Below are positions 31,640-41,030 of a stretch of 55,049 nt of DNA, piece after piece; the first letter of the stretch is position 1, and each line of letters begins with the position of its first letter. The notes beneath the pieces are model-generated. The model was not told where the DNA came from. It searched no databases and saw only the letters and a program-made list of their open reading frames with translations. A program made the translations under genes and the position numbers. The DNA is from Candidatus Woesebacteria bacterium GW2011_GWB1_33_38. GTDB lineage: Bacteria; Patescibacteriota; Microgenomatia; UBA8517. The stretch spans positions 99,615 through 154,663 of the forward strand of contig LBPF01000006.1 in NCBI GenBank assembly GCA_000990005.1, written 5' to 3'.

Positions 31640-34174
31640 ATGTGGAGGGAGAGAAGAAGAAAACTAATTGGACTTCAAAAATCTAGAAATATTGCAAAGT
31701 TTGCCAAATTTGGTTTTCTGGGAATAGTTTTATTGTTTGTTTCACTGATTTTAATACTCCCCCTTCTTGCTTTTACACTTCCCTCCCCCGACAAAGTTGT
31801 TAGACGTGAAGGATTTTCAACTAAAATTTTAGATAGAAATGGTAAACCTCTATATGATATTTTTGAAAATGAACGAAGAACTCCAATTAAAATTAGCGAT
31901 GTACCACTTTATTTAAAACAGGCAACAATTGCAATTGAAGATAAAAATTTTTACAATCACCAAGGCTTTGATATTTTAGGTACAATTAGAGGCTTATCAA
32001 GAGTTTTCACCCGAGGTTATGCCCAAGGCGGTTCAACTTTAACTCAACAATTGGTTAAAAATGTTTTACTCACCTCAGAAAGATCGGTGTGGAGAAAAGT
32101 TAAAGAGTTTATTTTGGCGGTTCAGATTGAAAGGAAATACACAAAAGATGAGATTTTACAAATGTATTTAAATGAAGCTCCTTATGGCGGAAATGCCCGA
32201 GGTGTTGAAACTGCCTCTGAAATTTATTTTGGTAAATCTTCCAAAGATTTAAATTTATTAGAGTCTGCAATTTTATCGGGTCTTCCTCAATCTCCATCGA
32301 GATATTCGCCATATTCATCTACACCCAAGGCCTATATTGATAGAACCACCGATGTTTTGCGTAGAATGAAAGAGGACGGGTTTATAACTAAGGATCAAGA
32401 ACAAGCGGCACTTTCTGAACTCGCTGATGTAAAGTTTCAAACTAAAGGATCTTCATTTAAAGCACCTCATTTTGTCCAGTATGTTCAAAAAATTCTTGAA
32501 GATAGGTATGGAGAAAAAGTAGTTGAACAAGGAGGACTAAAAGTTACAACAACCTTAGATTTGGAGCTACAAGAAAAGGCACAAATCATAGTAGCTGATG
32601 AAATTACCAAGGTTGAAAAACAAAGGATTACAAATGGTGGTGCTATCGTAGTGGATCCACAAACTGGTGAGATATTGTCAATGGTTGGAAGTAAAAGATT
32701 TGACGACCCTGATTATGACGGACAAGTTAATGTAACAGTTGCCCTCCGTCAACCTGGATCATCTTTTAAACCGTTTACTTATGTGACTGCTTTTAAAGAA
32801 GGTTACACTCCATCAACTATGATTATGGATGTTCAAACAACTTTTCCTGGAGGAGAAGGGCAACCTGATTATAATCCTGTAAATTATGACGGAAAATATA
32901 GAGGCCCAGTACAACTAAGGTATGCATTGGGAAATTCATTAAATATCCCCGCTGTTAAATTAATTGCTCTAGTTGGCATTAAAGATGTGTTAGAAACTGC
33001 CTACAGTATGGGGTTAAATTCCCTACCTCCAACAAGTGAGACACTAAGAAGAGTTGGCCTTTCATTAACTTTAGGTGGCGGTGAAGTTAGGCTTTTGGAA
33101 TTAACTACAAGTTATTCAGCTTTCTTTAATGGTGGATATAAATTAGATCCGATTTCAATATTAAAAGTTGAAGATAGTAATGGAAAAGTTTTAGAGGAAC
33201 ATAAACAAAAGAAGGGTAAACAAGTTATAACTTCCGAACAAGCTTTTTTAATTAGTAACATACTTTCAGACAACAACGCAAGAAGCGAGGTTTTTGGAAC
33301 AAATTCATTACTTAATGTTCCTGGTCGTCAAACGGCAGTCAAAACTGGTACAACAAACGACAAACGTGATAATTGGACAGTTGGAGGAACTCCTCAGAGA
33401 GCCGTTGGGGTCTGGGTTGGGAACAACGATAATTCACCCATGTTGAATGTTGCCTCGGGTGTTTCTGGGGCGTCTCCAATTTGGAGGAAAGTTTTAATGG
33501 AATCTCTATCGGGATTTGATCCTGTAGGTTTTGAATCGCCAAGTGGAATTCAGACTGTCGAGGTTGATAGTTTTTCAGGTAAACTTGCCCATGATGGTTT
33601 TACATCACGATCTGAGTTTTTTGACAAAAGTAGTTTACCTACCGGGGATGATATACATGTCAAATTAAAAATTTGTAAAAATGAGGAGAAACTGGCAACT
33701 CCTGCTGATGTCGCTGGTAATAATTATGATGAGAAAGAATATTATAAAATTGTGGAAGAAGATCCTGTTTCCACTGATGGTAAAAACAGATGGCAGGAAG
33801 CAATATTAAATTGGATCAATGGAGCTGGAGATGATAGATATAGACCTCCATCTGAATTTTGCGGAACTGCAAATCCCTTAAGTGTCGAGTGGGCTAATCC
33901 AATTGACAGAGTAACTGTTTCTAATACTTTTCCAGTTAAAATAAAGGCAACATCTACTTCTGGTATTTCCTTAATTGAGATATATGCAGATGGAGTCAAG
34001 GTAAGGTCTTTTGACAGCCTGCCGTATGAAGGTGAAATTAGTCTAAGTGATGGTGTACATAAACTACAGGTTAAAGGAAGAGATAAAGATAATCATGAAA
34101 CTGAACATACAATTACAGTTGGGGTAAATGTTCCTTGGGATTCTAATTTATCTACACCCTCCCCTACACCTTGA
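31640..34174 (+). CDS. class A penicillin-binding protein (PBP1A family) with C-terminal Ig-like domain
   Basis: EDKNFY, GGSTLTQQLVKN, SSFK, SLN, KTGT; start placed at MWRERR. Confidence 0.95.
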   Translation: MWRERRRKLIGLQKSRNIAKFAKFGFLGIVLLFVSLILILPLLAFTLPSPDKVVRREGFSTKILDRNGKPLYDIFENERRTPIKISDVPLYLKQATIAIEDKNFYNHQGFDILGTIRGLSRVFTRGYAQGGSTLTQQLVKNVLLTSERSVWRKVKEFILAVQIERKYTKDEILQMYLNEAPYGGNARGVETASEIYFGKSSKDLNLLESAILSGLPQSPSRYSPYSSTPKAYIDRTTDVLRRMKEDGFITKDQEQAALSELADVKFQTKGSSFKAPHFVQYVQKILEDRYGEKVVEQGGLKVTTTLDLELQEKAQIIVADEITKVEKQRITNGGAIVVDPQTGEILSMVGSKRFDDPDYDGQVNVTVALRQPGSSFKPFTYVTAFKEGYTPSTMIMDVQTTFPGGEGQPDYNPVNYDGKYRGPVQLRYALGNSLNIPAVKLIALVGIKDVLETAYSMGLNSLPPTSETLRRVGLSLTLGGGEVRLLELTTSYSAFFNGGYKLDPISILKVEDSNGKVLEEHKQKKGKQVITSEQAFLISNILSDNNARSEVFGTNSLLNVPGRQTAVKTGTTNDKRDNWTVGGTPQRAVGVWVGNNDNSPMLNVASGVSGASPIWRKVLMESLSGFDPVGFESPSGIQTVEVDSFSGKLAHDGFTSRSEFFDKSSLPTGDDIHVKLKICKNEEKLATPADVAGNNYDEKEYYKIVEEDPVSTDGKNRWQEAILNWINGAGDDRYRPPSEFCGTANPLSVEWANPIDRVTVSNTFPVKIKATSTSGISLIEIYADGVKVRSFDSLPYEGEISLSDGVHKLQVKGRDKDNHETEHTITVGVNVPWDSNLSTPSPTP

Positions 34175-36128
34175 TAGTTATTCCAAATTTTGATTTAAGG
34201 GAAGACAGGATTTTACTTCTTGTCTCTTCAACTTCTCTGTCTGTTAAGGTTTTATTTTTATCCTGATATTCAATATTAAAGGTAAAACTATTTTGATAAA
34301 TATCAACGAGTTCAACCTTTGTGACTAGTGGCTGGTGATCTGTGATTTGTGAGATTACATCACCCACATAAGTTTTTTCTGGAATAACTAGAGTTAAATC
34401 TTCTACCTGTGGTGGATATTTGGCAATTTCTTGGTATTTTCTATTTACCATTTTACTCGTCATAAGTTTAGTCATATCGAATGAATAGTAGAATAATCCA
34501 TTTTCTAAATTTCCATACTCCCCGATGTTTTCCCTATCCGAATAAATTTCCAATCTTTGATTAGCTAAATAACTTTTACCGTCTTCAAGTTTCTCTGAAT
34601 AATCAATTGATAATTCATCTAGAAGTGTTTTAATAATACCTTTATTTTTTCTGAAATCGTAGATTGTTATTTTATTTCCATTTTTAATAACTCCAGATAA
34701 AGTTAATTTTTCTTCTGGTAAGTCATTTTTACGAGCTGAATATACATTTGCCATTTCAAATAAATGTATATAACCTTTTTGTTGTGGGTTATCCTTAATA
34801 TTTTGTATGAGAGAATCTTTTAAATTATCTCTTAAATATTCCGAGTCAGACCCAAGAGGATTCTTAAGTTTTAATTGACCTTTTTCAACTAGTGATGAAT
34901 TGTAAATTTCAAATCCACCTACGGATCTTAATATTTGTTTTACATTTGATTCAAATTTAAAATCGTTTGTAGGTTGTGGTTTGGGTAATTGACCATCCAT
35001 AAGAATACAAGGTAAATTATGATATCCATAAATTCTGGCAACCTCCTCAACTATATCTTCAGAAATGTTAATATCATTTGCTCGCCATGAAGGTACGGTG
35101 AACAACAAGGTGTCACCTTGTTGCGTAACTTTAAAACCTAGACTGGTCATGTAGTTTGTTATGTCTTTTATGTTAATTTCAATACCGATTTTTTTATCCA
35201 TATCTTTTTTTGATGTTTTTACAAACTTTTCTTTATATGGTATTGGATATAGATCAAGTATTTCCTTTTCTGCAATGCCTCCTGATATTTTTTCAATCAT
35301 TTCTATAGCAGATAAGATTGCCGGTTTTACATTTTCACTATCTAATCCTTTTTCAAAAAGAATTGCAGCTTCTGAACGCTGGCCAAGAGTCATTGAAGTC
35401 TTTCTAATTTTGTGTTGATTATAATTTTGAACAAATAATAATACATTTTTTGTAGCAGAATCAATTGCACTATTTTTACCCCCCATTATTCCACAAAGAT
35501 CAACTATTCTTTTTCCACCATCCTCTATTACAATATCTCCCCCATCTAGTTTAAAAGTTTTGTCATCTAGAGTAGTTATCATCTCTCCTTTTTTTGATTC
35601 CCTTAATATCATTTTGTGACCGCTTAATTTATCGTAATCAAAAGTATGAACTGGTTGTCCTAATTCATGCATAATGTAATTACTGACATCCACAATATTA
35701 TTAATTGGCCTAACACCAACTTTTAAAAGCATATTTTTAATTTCATCTGGAGAATCTTTTACTTTGACATTTTTAATTAATATTGCAGTAAATCTTGGAC
35801 ACAAACTTTTATCTACCACAACATCTAAATATTTAACTCTGTTAGTGAATAAATAGTGATTTGTGACTGGTGATTTGTGAGAAACTAATTTTGCTGAAAT
35901 TCCAAATCTGGGTAAAATTGCATTTGCTTCCCTGGCTATACCTAAAACTCCTGCACAATCAACTCTATTAGTAGTTATTTCAATTGAATAAACACTGTCT
36001 TTATCTTCAGTTTCTCTAATTCGTTCAATAGAAGGACCACAAAGAGATAAGTATTTAGCCAATTCTTTTGGTTTTGCGTTTGTATCTAAATATTTTTTTA
36101 ACCACGAATGTGGAATTAATAAATCCAT
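34164..36128 (-). CDS. pheT: phenylalanine--tRNA ligase beta subunit (lacking OB domain)
   Basis: EITTNRVD, INNIVDVSNY, PSWRANDI..SEDIVEEVARIYGY, FDX-ACB tail. Confidence 0.95.
   Translation of the reverse strand: MDLLIPHSWLKKYLDTNAKPKELAKYLSLCGPSIERIRETEDKDSVYSIEITTNRVDCAGVLGIAREANAILPRFGISAKLVSHKSPVTNHYLFTNRVKYLDVVVDKSLCPRFTAILIKNVKVKDSPDEIKNMLLKVGVRPINNIVDVSNYIMHELGQPVHTFDYDKLSGHKMILRESKKGEMITTLDDKTFKLDGGDIVIEDGGKRIVDLCGIMGGKNSAIDSATKNVLLFVQNYNQHKIRKTSMTLGQRSEAAILFEKGLDSENVKPAILSAIEMIEKISGGIAEKEILDLYPIPYKEKFVKTSKKDMDKKIGIEINIKDITNYMTSLGFKVTQQGDTLLFTVPSWRANDINISEDIVEEVARIYGYHNLPCILMDGQLPKPQPTNDFKFESNVKQILRSVGGFEIYNSSLVEKGQLKLKNPLGSDSEYLRDNLKDSLIQNIKDNPQQKGYIHLFEMANVYSARKNDLPEEKLTLSGVIKNGNKITIYDFRKNKGIIKTLLDELSIDYSEKLEDGKSYLANQRLEIYSDRENIGEYGNLENGLFYYSFDMTKLMTSKMVNRKYQEIAKYPPQVEDLTLVIPEKTYVGDVISQITDHQPLVTKVELVDIYQNSFTFNIEYQDKNKTLTDREVEETRSKILSSLKSKFGITIKV
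35101..35123. repeat. REP-like palindrome copy 4, inside pheT
   Basis: AACAACAAGGTGTCACCTTGTTG, identical to the RAYT-flanking copies; encodes QQGDTLL. Confidence 0.88.
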
Positions 36129-36135
36129 GTTTTTA

Positions 36136-37923
36136 TTATAATTGTGACAAAACTCTTAAATCTGAACTATATAAAAGTCTTATATCAGGAACAGAAAGGC
36201 CAGATTTCATCATAGCAACTCTTTCAACTCCCCAGCCAAAAGCAAAACCAGAATATTCGTTAGGATCAATTTTACAATTTTTTAAAACATTTGGGTGAAC
36301 CATCCCAGCGCCACCAATTTCTAACCAACCTTCTTTACATAGCTTACAACCCTGCGCGTCACAAACATTGCAAGAGATGTCTACCTCAAATGATGGCTCT
36401 GTAAATTGAAAATGATAAGGCCTTAATCTAATTTCTCTCTTTGGACCGAAAAAACTCTTGGCAAAGTAATCAATTGTTCCACGAAGATTAGTTATGGAAA
36501 TATTTTTATCAACTACTAATCCTTCAAATTGGTGAAACATAGACAAATGACTAACATCACTTTGTCTCCTATAACATTTAGCAATATTTATCATTCTGAT
36601 AGGCGGAGTATTTGAAAGCATCTCTCTAATCTGTCCACTTGAAGTGTGGGGTGTTAAAAGCATTGGACCGTATTTTTTCGAATTAGGTGAATCTACGAAA
36701 AATGTTTCCCAGTCATCCCTGGCTGGGTGATTTTCAGGGAAGTTTAAAGCTCCAAAGGCAAAATAATCCCATTCAACTTCAGGGTACCTTACTCGACTAA
36801 AACCAATTTTTTCAAAAACTGATGATATTTCATCAATTGCTTTTGTAACCATATGTAGATGGCCAAGTTTTGTTTTTTTAGCTGGCATTGTAGGGTCAAA
36901 CCAGACTCGGGCTAGATTAGATAAATTATTTTTCTTGTTTGTAATTAATACTTCTAAAGTATTTTTAACTTCATTTAAAGTAATACCAAATTGTCTTTTG
37001 TTTTCAGTTGAAATTTTTGCAATTTCTTTTGATATAGAAGTAAATTTTCCGCTTCTGCCAAATAAATCAATTCTTATTTGTTCCAGTTCCTCAAAAGTTG
37101 TCACTTCCGATATTTGTGCAATAGCTTGATTTTTAAGATTGATCAAATCCTCACGAGATGTCGAAGAAACTGTATTATTTTTAGTTTTAGTATCTACTGC
37201 AATTTCAGATATATCTTTTGTGATTTTGTAATACACATATACAAACTCACCCTCGTTTAATATTTCAACTGAATCAAATTCTCCAACTTCAACAGTATTT
37301 TTAAGTTGAGTTCCTCCATCAGGGATTGGTGCAAAACCACCAATCCACATAATTCTTAATGGTTTATTGGTTGGTAAATGTTCAGGAACCCAGGGTGATC
37401 TTTTTTTCAATTCGTCAAGGGAAACAAATTCGGTAAAAACAGGCAAAGACTTTTTAATCAACTCGTTTGCCTTATTAAGTATTATGTTTGCAGAAATTTC
37501 TTCAATATTTCCTTTATATTTAATATATGCCTTTTTACCATGTTCTCCTTTAACAGGAATAAGTTCTGGAAATAGCATTTTAACGGCTTCGTGTAAAACA
37601 TGACCAGCTGAATGAACTCTCATGTTGTGATATCTTTTATTCCAATCGATAGTACATTCAACTGTTTCGCCAGTTGAAAATTTACCATTAATTTCTCCAA
37701 TGTGTTTTAATTCAGATCCTTTAAGTAAAACCTGCTGTACGTCAAGCCTGCCTTTTTTGCCTTCAATAAAACCTTGGTCTGATGGTTGTCCACCTCCGAA
37801 TGGATAAAAAATAGTTTGATCCAAAGTTACAACCGTTAAGTTGTTTTCAGTTTTCAAGTCGATAATTTTGGCTTTGCACGACCTTTTATAGGAATCTGTT
37901 AAATATATGGGGTTTGTATTCAT
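36136..37923 (-). CDS. pheS: AlaX-like editing domain fused to phenylalanine--tRNA ligase alpha subunit
   Basis: N-term TIFYPFGGGQPSDQG, HSAGH, DGGTQ; C-term HPARD, FHQFEGL, FQFTEPS, GFAFGWGVER. Confidence 0.92.
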   Translation of the reverse strand: MNTNPIYLTDSYKRSCKAKIIDLKTENNLTVVTLDQTIFYPFGGGQPSDQGFIEGKKGRLDVQQVLLKGSELKHIGEINGKFSTGETVECTIDWNKRYHNMRVHSAGHVLHEAVKMLFPELIPVKGEHGKKAYIKYKGNIEEISANIILNKANELIKKSLPVFTEFVSLDELKKRSPWVPEHLPTNKPLRIMWIGGFAPIPDGGTQLKNTVEVGEFDSVEILNEGEFVYVYYKITKDISEIAVDTKTKNNTVSSTSREDLINLKNQAIAQISEVTTFEELEQIRIDLFGRSGKFTSISKEIAKISTENKRQFGITLNEVKNTLEVLITNKKNNLSNLARVWFDPTMPAKKTKLGHLHMVTKAIDEISSVFEKIGFSRVRYPEVEWDYFAFGALNFPENHPARDDWETFFVDSPNSKKYGPMLLTPHTSSGQIREMLSNTPPIRMINIAKCYRRQSDVSHLSMFHQFEGLVVDKNISITNLRGTIDYFAKSFFGPKREIRLRPYHFQFTEPSFEVDISCNVCDAQGCKLCKEGWLEIGGAGMVHPNVLKNCKIDPNEYSGFAFGWGVERVAMMKSGLSVPDIRLLYSSDLRVLSQL

Positions 37924-38060
37924 AATTTAATATTATTTTACATTACTAAAGTGTTTAATGCACGATGGACATGAATCACGATGTTCATGTAAGTTTCCTA
38001 GGGCTTCATGTGTTTGATTAGACTGAGATCGAGACTCACTCGGTGTTATTATAAGACCCC

Positions 38061-38109
38061 AAAAAACCTCCTTTTTAGGAGGTTTGATAAACGCAAGCTT
38101 CAAACCTCC
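38061..38109 (-). terminator. attenuator terminator/antiterminator of pheST
   Basis: terminator AAACCTCCT-AAAA-AGGAGGTTTTTT; upstream GGAGGTTTGA can alternatively pair with TCAAACCTCC. Confidence 0.85.
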
Positions 38110-38110
38110 G

Positions 38111-38152
38111 TTAGGAAGTAAAGAAGAATGCAAATGTATTTACTGATTTCAT
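38111..38152 (-). CDS. pheM: Phe-rich leader peptide (PheM-like) MKSVNTFAFFFTS
   Basis: 13 codons, 4 Phe in 5 positions, directly before antiterminator and upstream of pheS. Confidence 0.85.
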   Translation of the reverse strand: MKSVNTFAFFFTS

Positions 38153-38177
38153 GCTAAATTGTATTATAATATATAAA

Positions 38178-38492
38178 ATGCTTCTTGCAACTGCCAAATC
38201 CAAAAATAATATTTTAATCCGTTTAACGGACGAAAGATTTAAACATATTATTTATTCACATAAAGAAATTTCCCTACCTGATTTCAAATTAATAGCCTCA
38301 ACTATTGAAAACCCTGTTGCAATATTTGAAGGCAATTCTGACGAATTATTGGCAACTTCCAAATTTGATAAAAATAGATGGATTGTGGTAGTATATAAAG
38401 AATTAAAGTCTGATGGGTTTGTTATTACTGCCTATATAACGACAGACTTTAAATGGTTATTAAAAAGAAAAATTATATGGACCAACAAATAA
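38178..38492 (+). CDS. BECR/RelE-like putative toxin
   Basis: IRLTDERFKHI...HKEI, VVVYKE...GFVITAY; coupled to DUF2283 gene. Confidence 0.7.
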   Translation: MLLATAKSKNNILIRLTDERFKHIIYSHKEISLPDFKLIASTIENPVAIFEGNSDELLATSKFDKNRWIVVVYKELKSDGFVITAYITTDFKWLLKRKIIWTNK

Positions 38493-38719
38493 TAAATTCT
38501 GCTAAATTGGCAGTGAACGATTTAATGAAATTATCTCTATTGGGTGATTCGCGTTTATGGGTTGATTTTGATAGAGAAGCAGATGTTTTATATGTTAATT
38601 TTGGTCAACCACAAAAAGCTGATGATTCAATTCTTGGAGATGACAACATTATAAGAAGAAAAAGAAATGGTAAAATTGTAAGTCTTACTGTGCTTAATGC
38701 AAGTCAGTATTCAATATAA
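38477..38719 (+). CDS. DUF2283-family putative antitoxin
   Basis: DFDREADVLYVNF...GKIVSLTVLNAS. Confidence 0.75.
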   Translation: MDQQIINSAKLAVNDLMKLSLLGDSRLWVDFDREADVLYVNFGQPQKADDSILGDDNIIRRKRNGKIVSLTVLNASQYSI

Positions 38720-39064
38720 TTATTTACTCTTGAAGCTAGCAACTATTTTTTCAAAAACACTAGGATTTTTGGAAGCGATATCGGATAATATTTTCCTATC
38801 TAATTCAATCTTTTCTTTTTTTAGATTGGCAATTAATTTGGAATAAGAAGTACCCAATTGTTTTGCTGCTGCAGAAAGTCTGACAATCCAAATTGATCTT
38901 AAATCTCTTTTTCTTAATTTTCTTCCTATGTATGCATATTGACCTGCATGCATTACAGCTTCTTTTGCTTGCTTAAATCTTCTACGTCTTGCAGAATGAT
39001 AACCTTTTGCAAGTTTTAGAACTTTCCTGTGTTTAATTGCAGCCTTTGACTTTACTCTTGTCAT
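38720..39064 (-). CDS. rplT: 50S ribosomal protein L20
   Basis: MTRVK, LAKGY, RKRDLRSIWIVR, LDRKILSDIA. Confidence 0.97.
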   Translation of the reverse strand: MTRVKSKAAIKHRKVLKLAKGYHSARRRRFKQAKEAVMHAGQYAYIGRKLRKRDLRSIWIVRLSAAAKQLGTSYSKLIANLKKEKIELDRKILSDIASKNPSVFEKIVASFKSK

Positions 39065-39270
39065 TTTAATTTTGTACCTAAGTATTTTCTAAGTTTTTTA
39101 GCAAATACTTCTTTAACTAGAACCATTTTTGAAAGTTTTCGAAGTCTTTTTTTACTTTTTCCTGCATTCAAATGTCTTTTAAATGCCTGTCGACGCAAGA
39201 GCTTTCCATTTTTAGTAACTCTAATTCTATTAGTTACTAATTGTTTGATCTTTATTTTTTTGTTTGCCAT
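39061..39270 (-). CDS. rpmI: 50S ribosomal protein L35
   Basis: RIRVTKNGK...RHL; between infC and rplT. Confidence 0.9.
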   Translation of the reverse strand: MANKKIKIKQLVTNRIRVTKNGKLLRRQAFKRHLNAGKSKKRLRKLSKMVLVKEVFAKKLRKYLGTKLK

Positions 39271-39790
39271 ATATGTTTGTGGGCGAAATGATCATTATCA
39301 AGTTTCTGCCTAAAAACTTAGGTTTCATGTCGATATTGATTCCCTCTCCCAAATCTTTCAAAATTCTGTCCATTATATCATAACCAAAGGTTTTTGACCC
39401 TAGTTGTTTTAATTTAAAATAAACTACTAGTTTTACTTTATCTTTATCGGTCAAAAACTCATCAATTCTTTTAAGTCTTGTTTGGTAATCCCCCTCTCCA
39501 ATAAATGGGGTAAACCTAATTTCTTTTAAGTCAGAGGGTTTTGCTTTTTTATTTGCTTCCTTCTGCTTTTTCTCTTCTTGATATTTAAATTTGCCAAACT
39601 CAATAATTTTGGCGACAGGCGGTTCTGCCTTTGATGCTATTTCAATTAAATCCTGATTTGACTCTTTTGCTAATTTAATTGCTTCATCCTTACTTATTAC
39701 TCCAATTTGAACACCTTTGGAATCCAAAACCCGCAAAGTTGTAGCGGGAATTCTTTCATTTATGCGCCAATAATTATTGGTAGTTTTCAA
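39230..39790 (-). CDS. infC: translation initiation factor IF-3 (TTG start)
   Basis: INERI, PPVAKI, KEIRF, DKVK. Confidence 0.95.
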   Translation of the reverse strand: MKTTNNYWRINERIPATTLRVLDSKGVQIGVISKDEAIKLAKESNQDLIEIASKAEPPVAKIIEFGKFKYQEEKKQKEANKKAKPSDLKEIRFTPFIGEGDYQTRLKRIDEFLTDKDKVKLVVYFKLKQLGSKTFGYDIMDRILKDLGEGINIDMKPKFLGRNLIMIISPTNIYGKQKNKDQTISN

Positions 39791-41030
39791 TTTCAGATTT
39801 TATTATATCAATAAATTTGGATAATTGCATCGTGGAATTTTTACCTGTTCTGTTTCTTATAGAAATTTCATTATTTTCAATTTCTTTATCACCTACAATA
39901 ATCATATATGGTACTTTTTCTTTCTGAGCATCTCTAATTTTGGCACCTAGCGTTTCATTTCGCGTGTCTAACTCAACCCTAACTTTTTCATCCGTTAGCT
40001 CTTTGAATATTTTCTCTGAGTAATCTAAATGCTTTTCAGAAATTGGCAATATTTTAACTTGAACAGGAGAAAGCCAAGTTGGAAATGAGCCTTTATATTT
40101 TTCGATTAAAAAAGCGATTATTCGTTCAATTGCCCCAATTGAAGATCTGTGAACGACAACTGCTTCAGTTTTACCACCATCTTCATTTATGAATTCTAAT
40201 TTAAATCTTTTAGGCATTACAAAATCATATTGAACTGTAAAGGCGGTGTCCTCTTTTCCATTAGCGTTTACCATTTGAATATCGATCTTAGGACCATAAA
40301 AAGCTGCTTCACCTTCCGCCTCTTTGTACTTTGACTTTCCTTCAATCAAAACCGATCTTAATATTTCTTCAGCTTCATCCCATGATTTATCATCCTTAAA
40401 ATATTTTTTTTCATCTTTTCTATCCCCTAAAGAAAGTCTGTAACTATAATCCTTGTCTTTTATAAGCCCTAAAACTTTATTGCAGTAATCAATCAATTCC
40501 AAGGCATTTTTTATTTCGCTTTTAGCCTGTTCTTTGGTGCAGATTATGTGGGCATCAGCTAAACAAAAACTTCTGACTCGCTGTAGGCCCATCAGCTCTC
40601 CCGATTTTTCAAATCTATATAACTTTGCAAGTTCAGCGTATCTAATCGGTAAATCTCGGTATGATCTTGGTTTATCTAAAAATAGCTCAAAATGGTGTGG
40701 GCAAGTCATTGGACGAAGCATAAATTCTTCATCCTCAATAATAATCGGAGCATACATACTATCTTTATAATATGGGTAATGTCCTGATTTCTTATATAAG
40801 TCTAATTTTGCAATGTCTGGAGTATAAACATGTTGATATCCTCGTTTTATTTCCTCGTCAACAATAAACCTCTCGAGAGTTCTCCTGATTGCCGCCCCTT
40901 TTGGGGTCCATAGTGGAAGTCCTTTTCCAACAGTGTCTGAAAAGGTAAAAAGATCAAGTTCACGGCCGAGCTTTTTGTGGTCCCACTCTTTTTCAACTGA
41001 TTCTTTTGTATTCGATAATTTTAATTTCAT
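39774..41030 (-). CDS. thrS: threonine--tRNA ligase, catalytic + anticodon domains only
   Basis: starts at DHKKLGRELDLF; RPMTCPHH, AFYGPKID, HRS..G.IER. Confidence 0.96.
   Translation of the reverse strand: MKLKLSNTKESVEKEWDHKKLGRELDLFTFSDTVGKGLPLWTPKGAAIRRTLERFIVDEEIKRGYQHVYTPDIAKLDLYKKSGHYPYYKDSMYAPIIIEDEEFMLRPMTCPHHFELFLDKPRSYRDLPIRYAELAKLYRFEKSGELMGLQRVRSFCLADAHIICTKEQAKSEIKNALELIDYCNKVLGLIKDKDYSYRLSLGDRKDEKKYFKDDKSWDEAEEILRSVLIEGKSKYKEAEGEAAFYGPKIDIQMVNANGKEDTAFTVQYDFVMPKRFKLEFINEDGGKTEAVVVHRSSIGAIERIIAFLIEKYKGSFPTWLSPVQVKILPISEKHLDYSEKIFKELTDEKVRVELDTRNETLGAKIRDAQKEKVPYMIIVGDKEIENNEISIRNRTGKNSTMQLSKFIDIIKSEIENYQ

Noticed and set aside
37933-38133. 66-aa ORF upstream of pheS
   Set aside because: Runs through the attenuator hairpins; the 13-aa Phe leader explains the region better.
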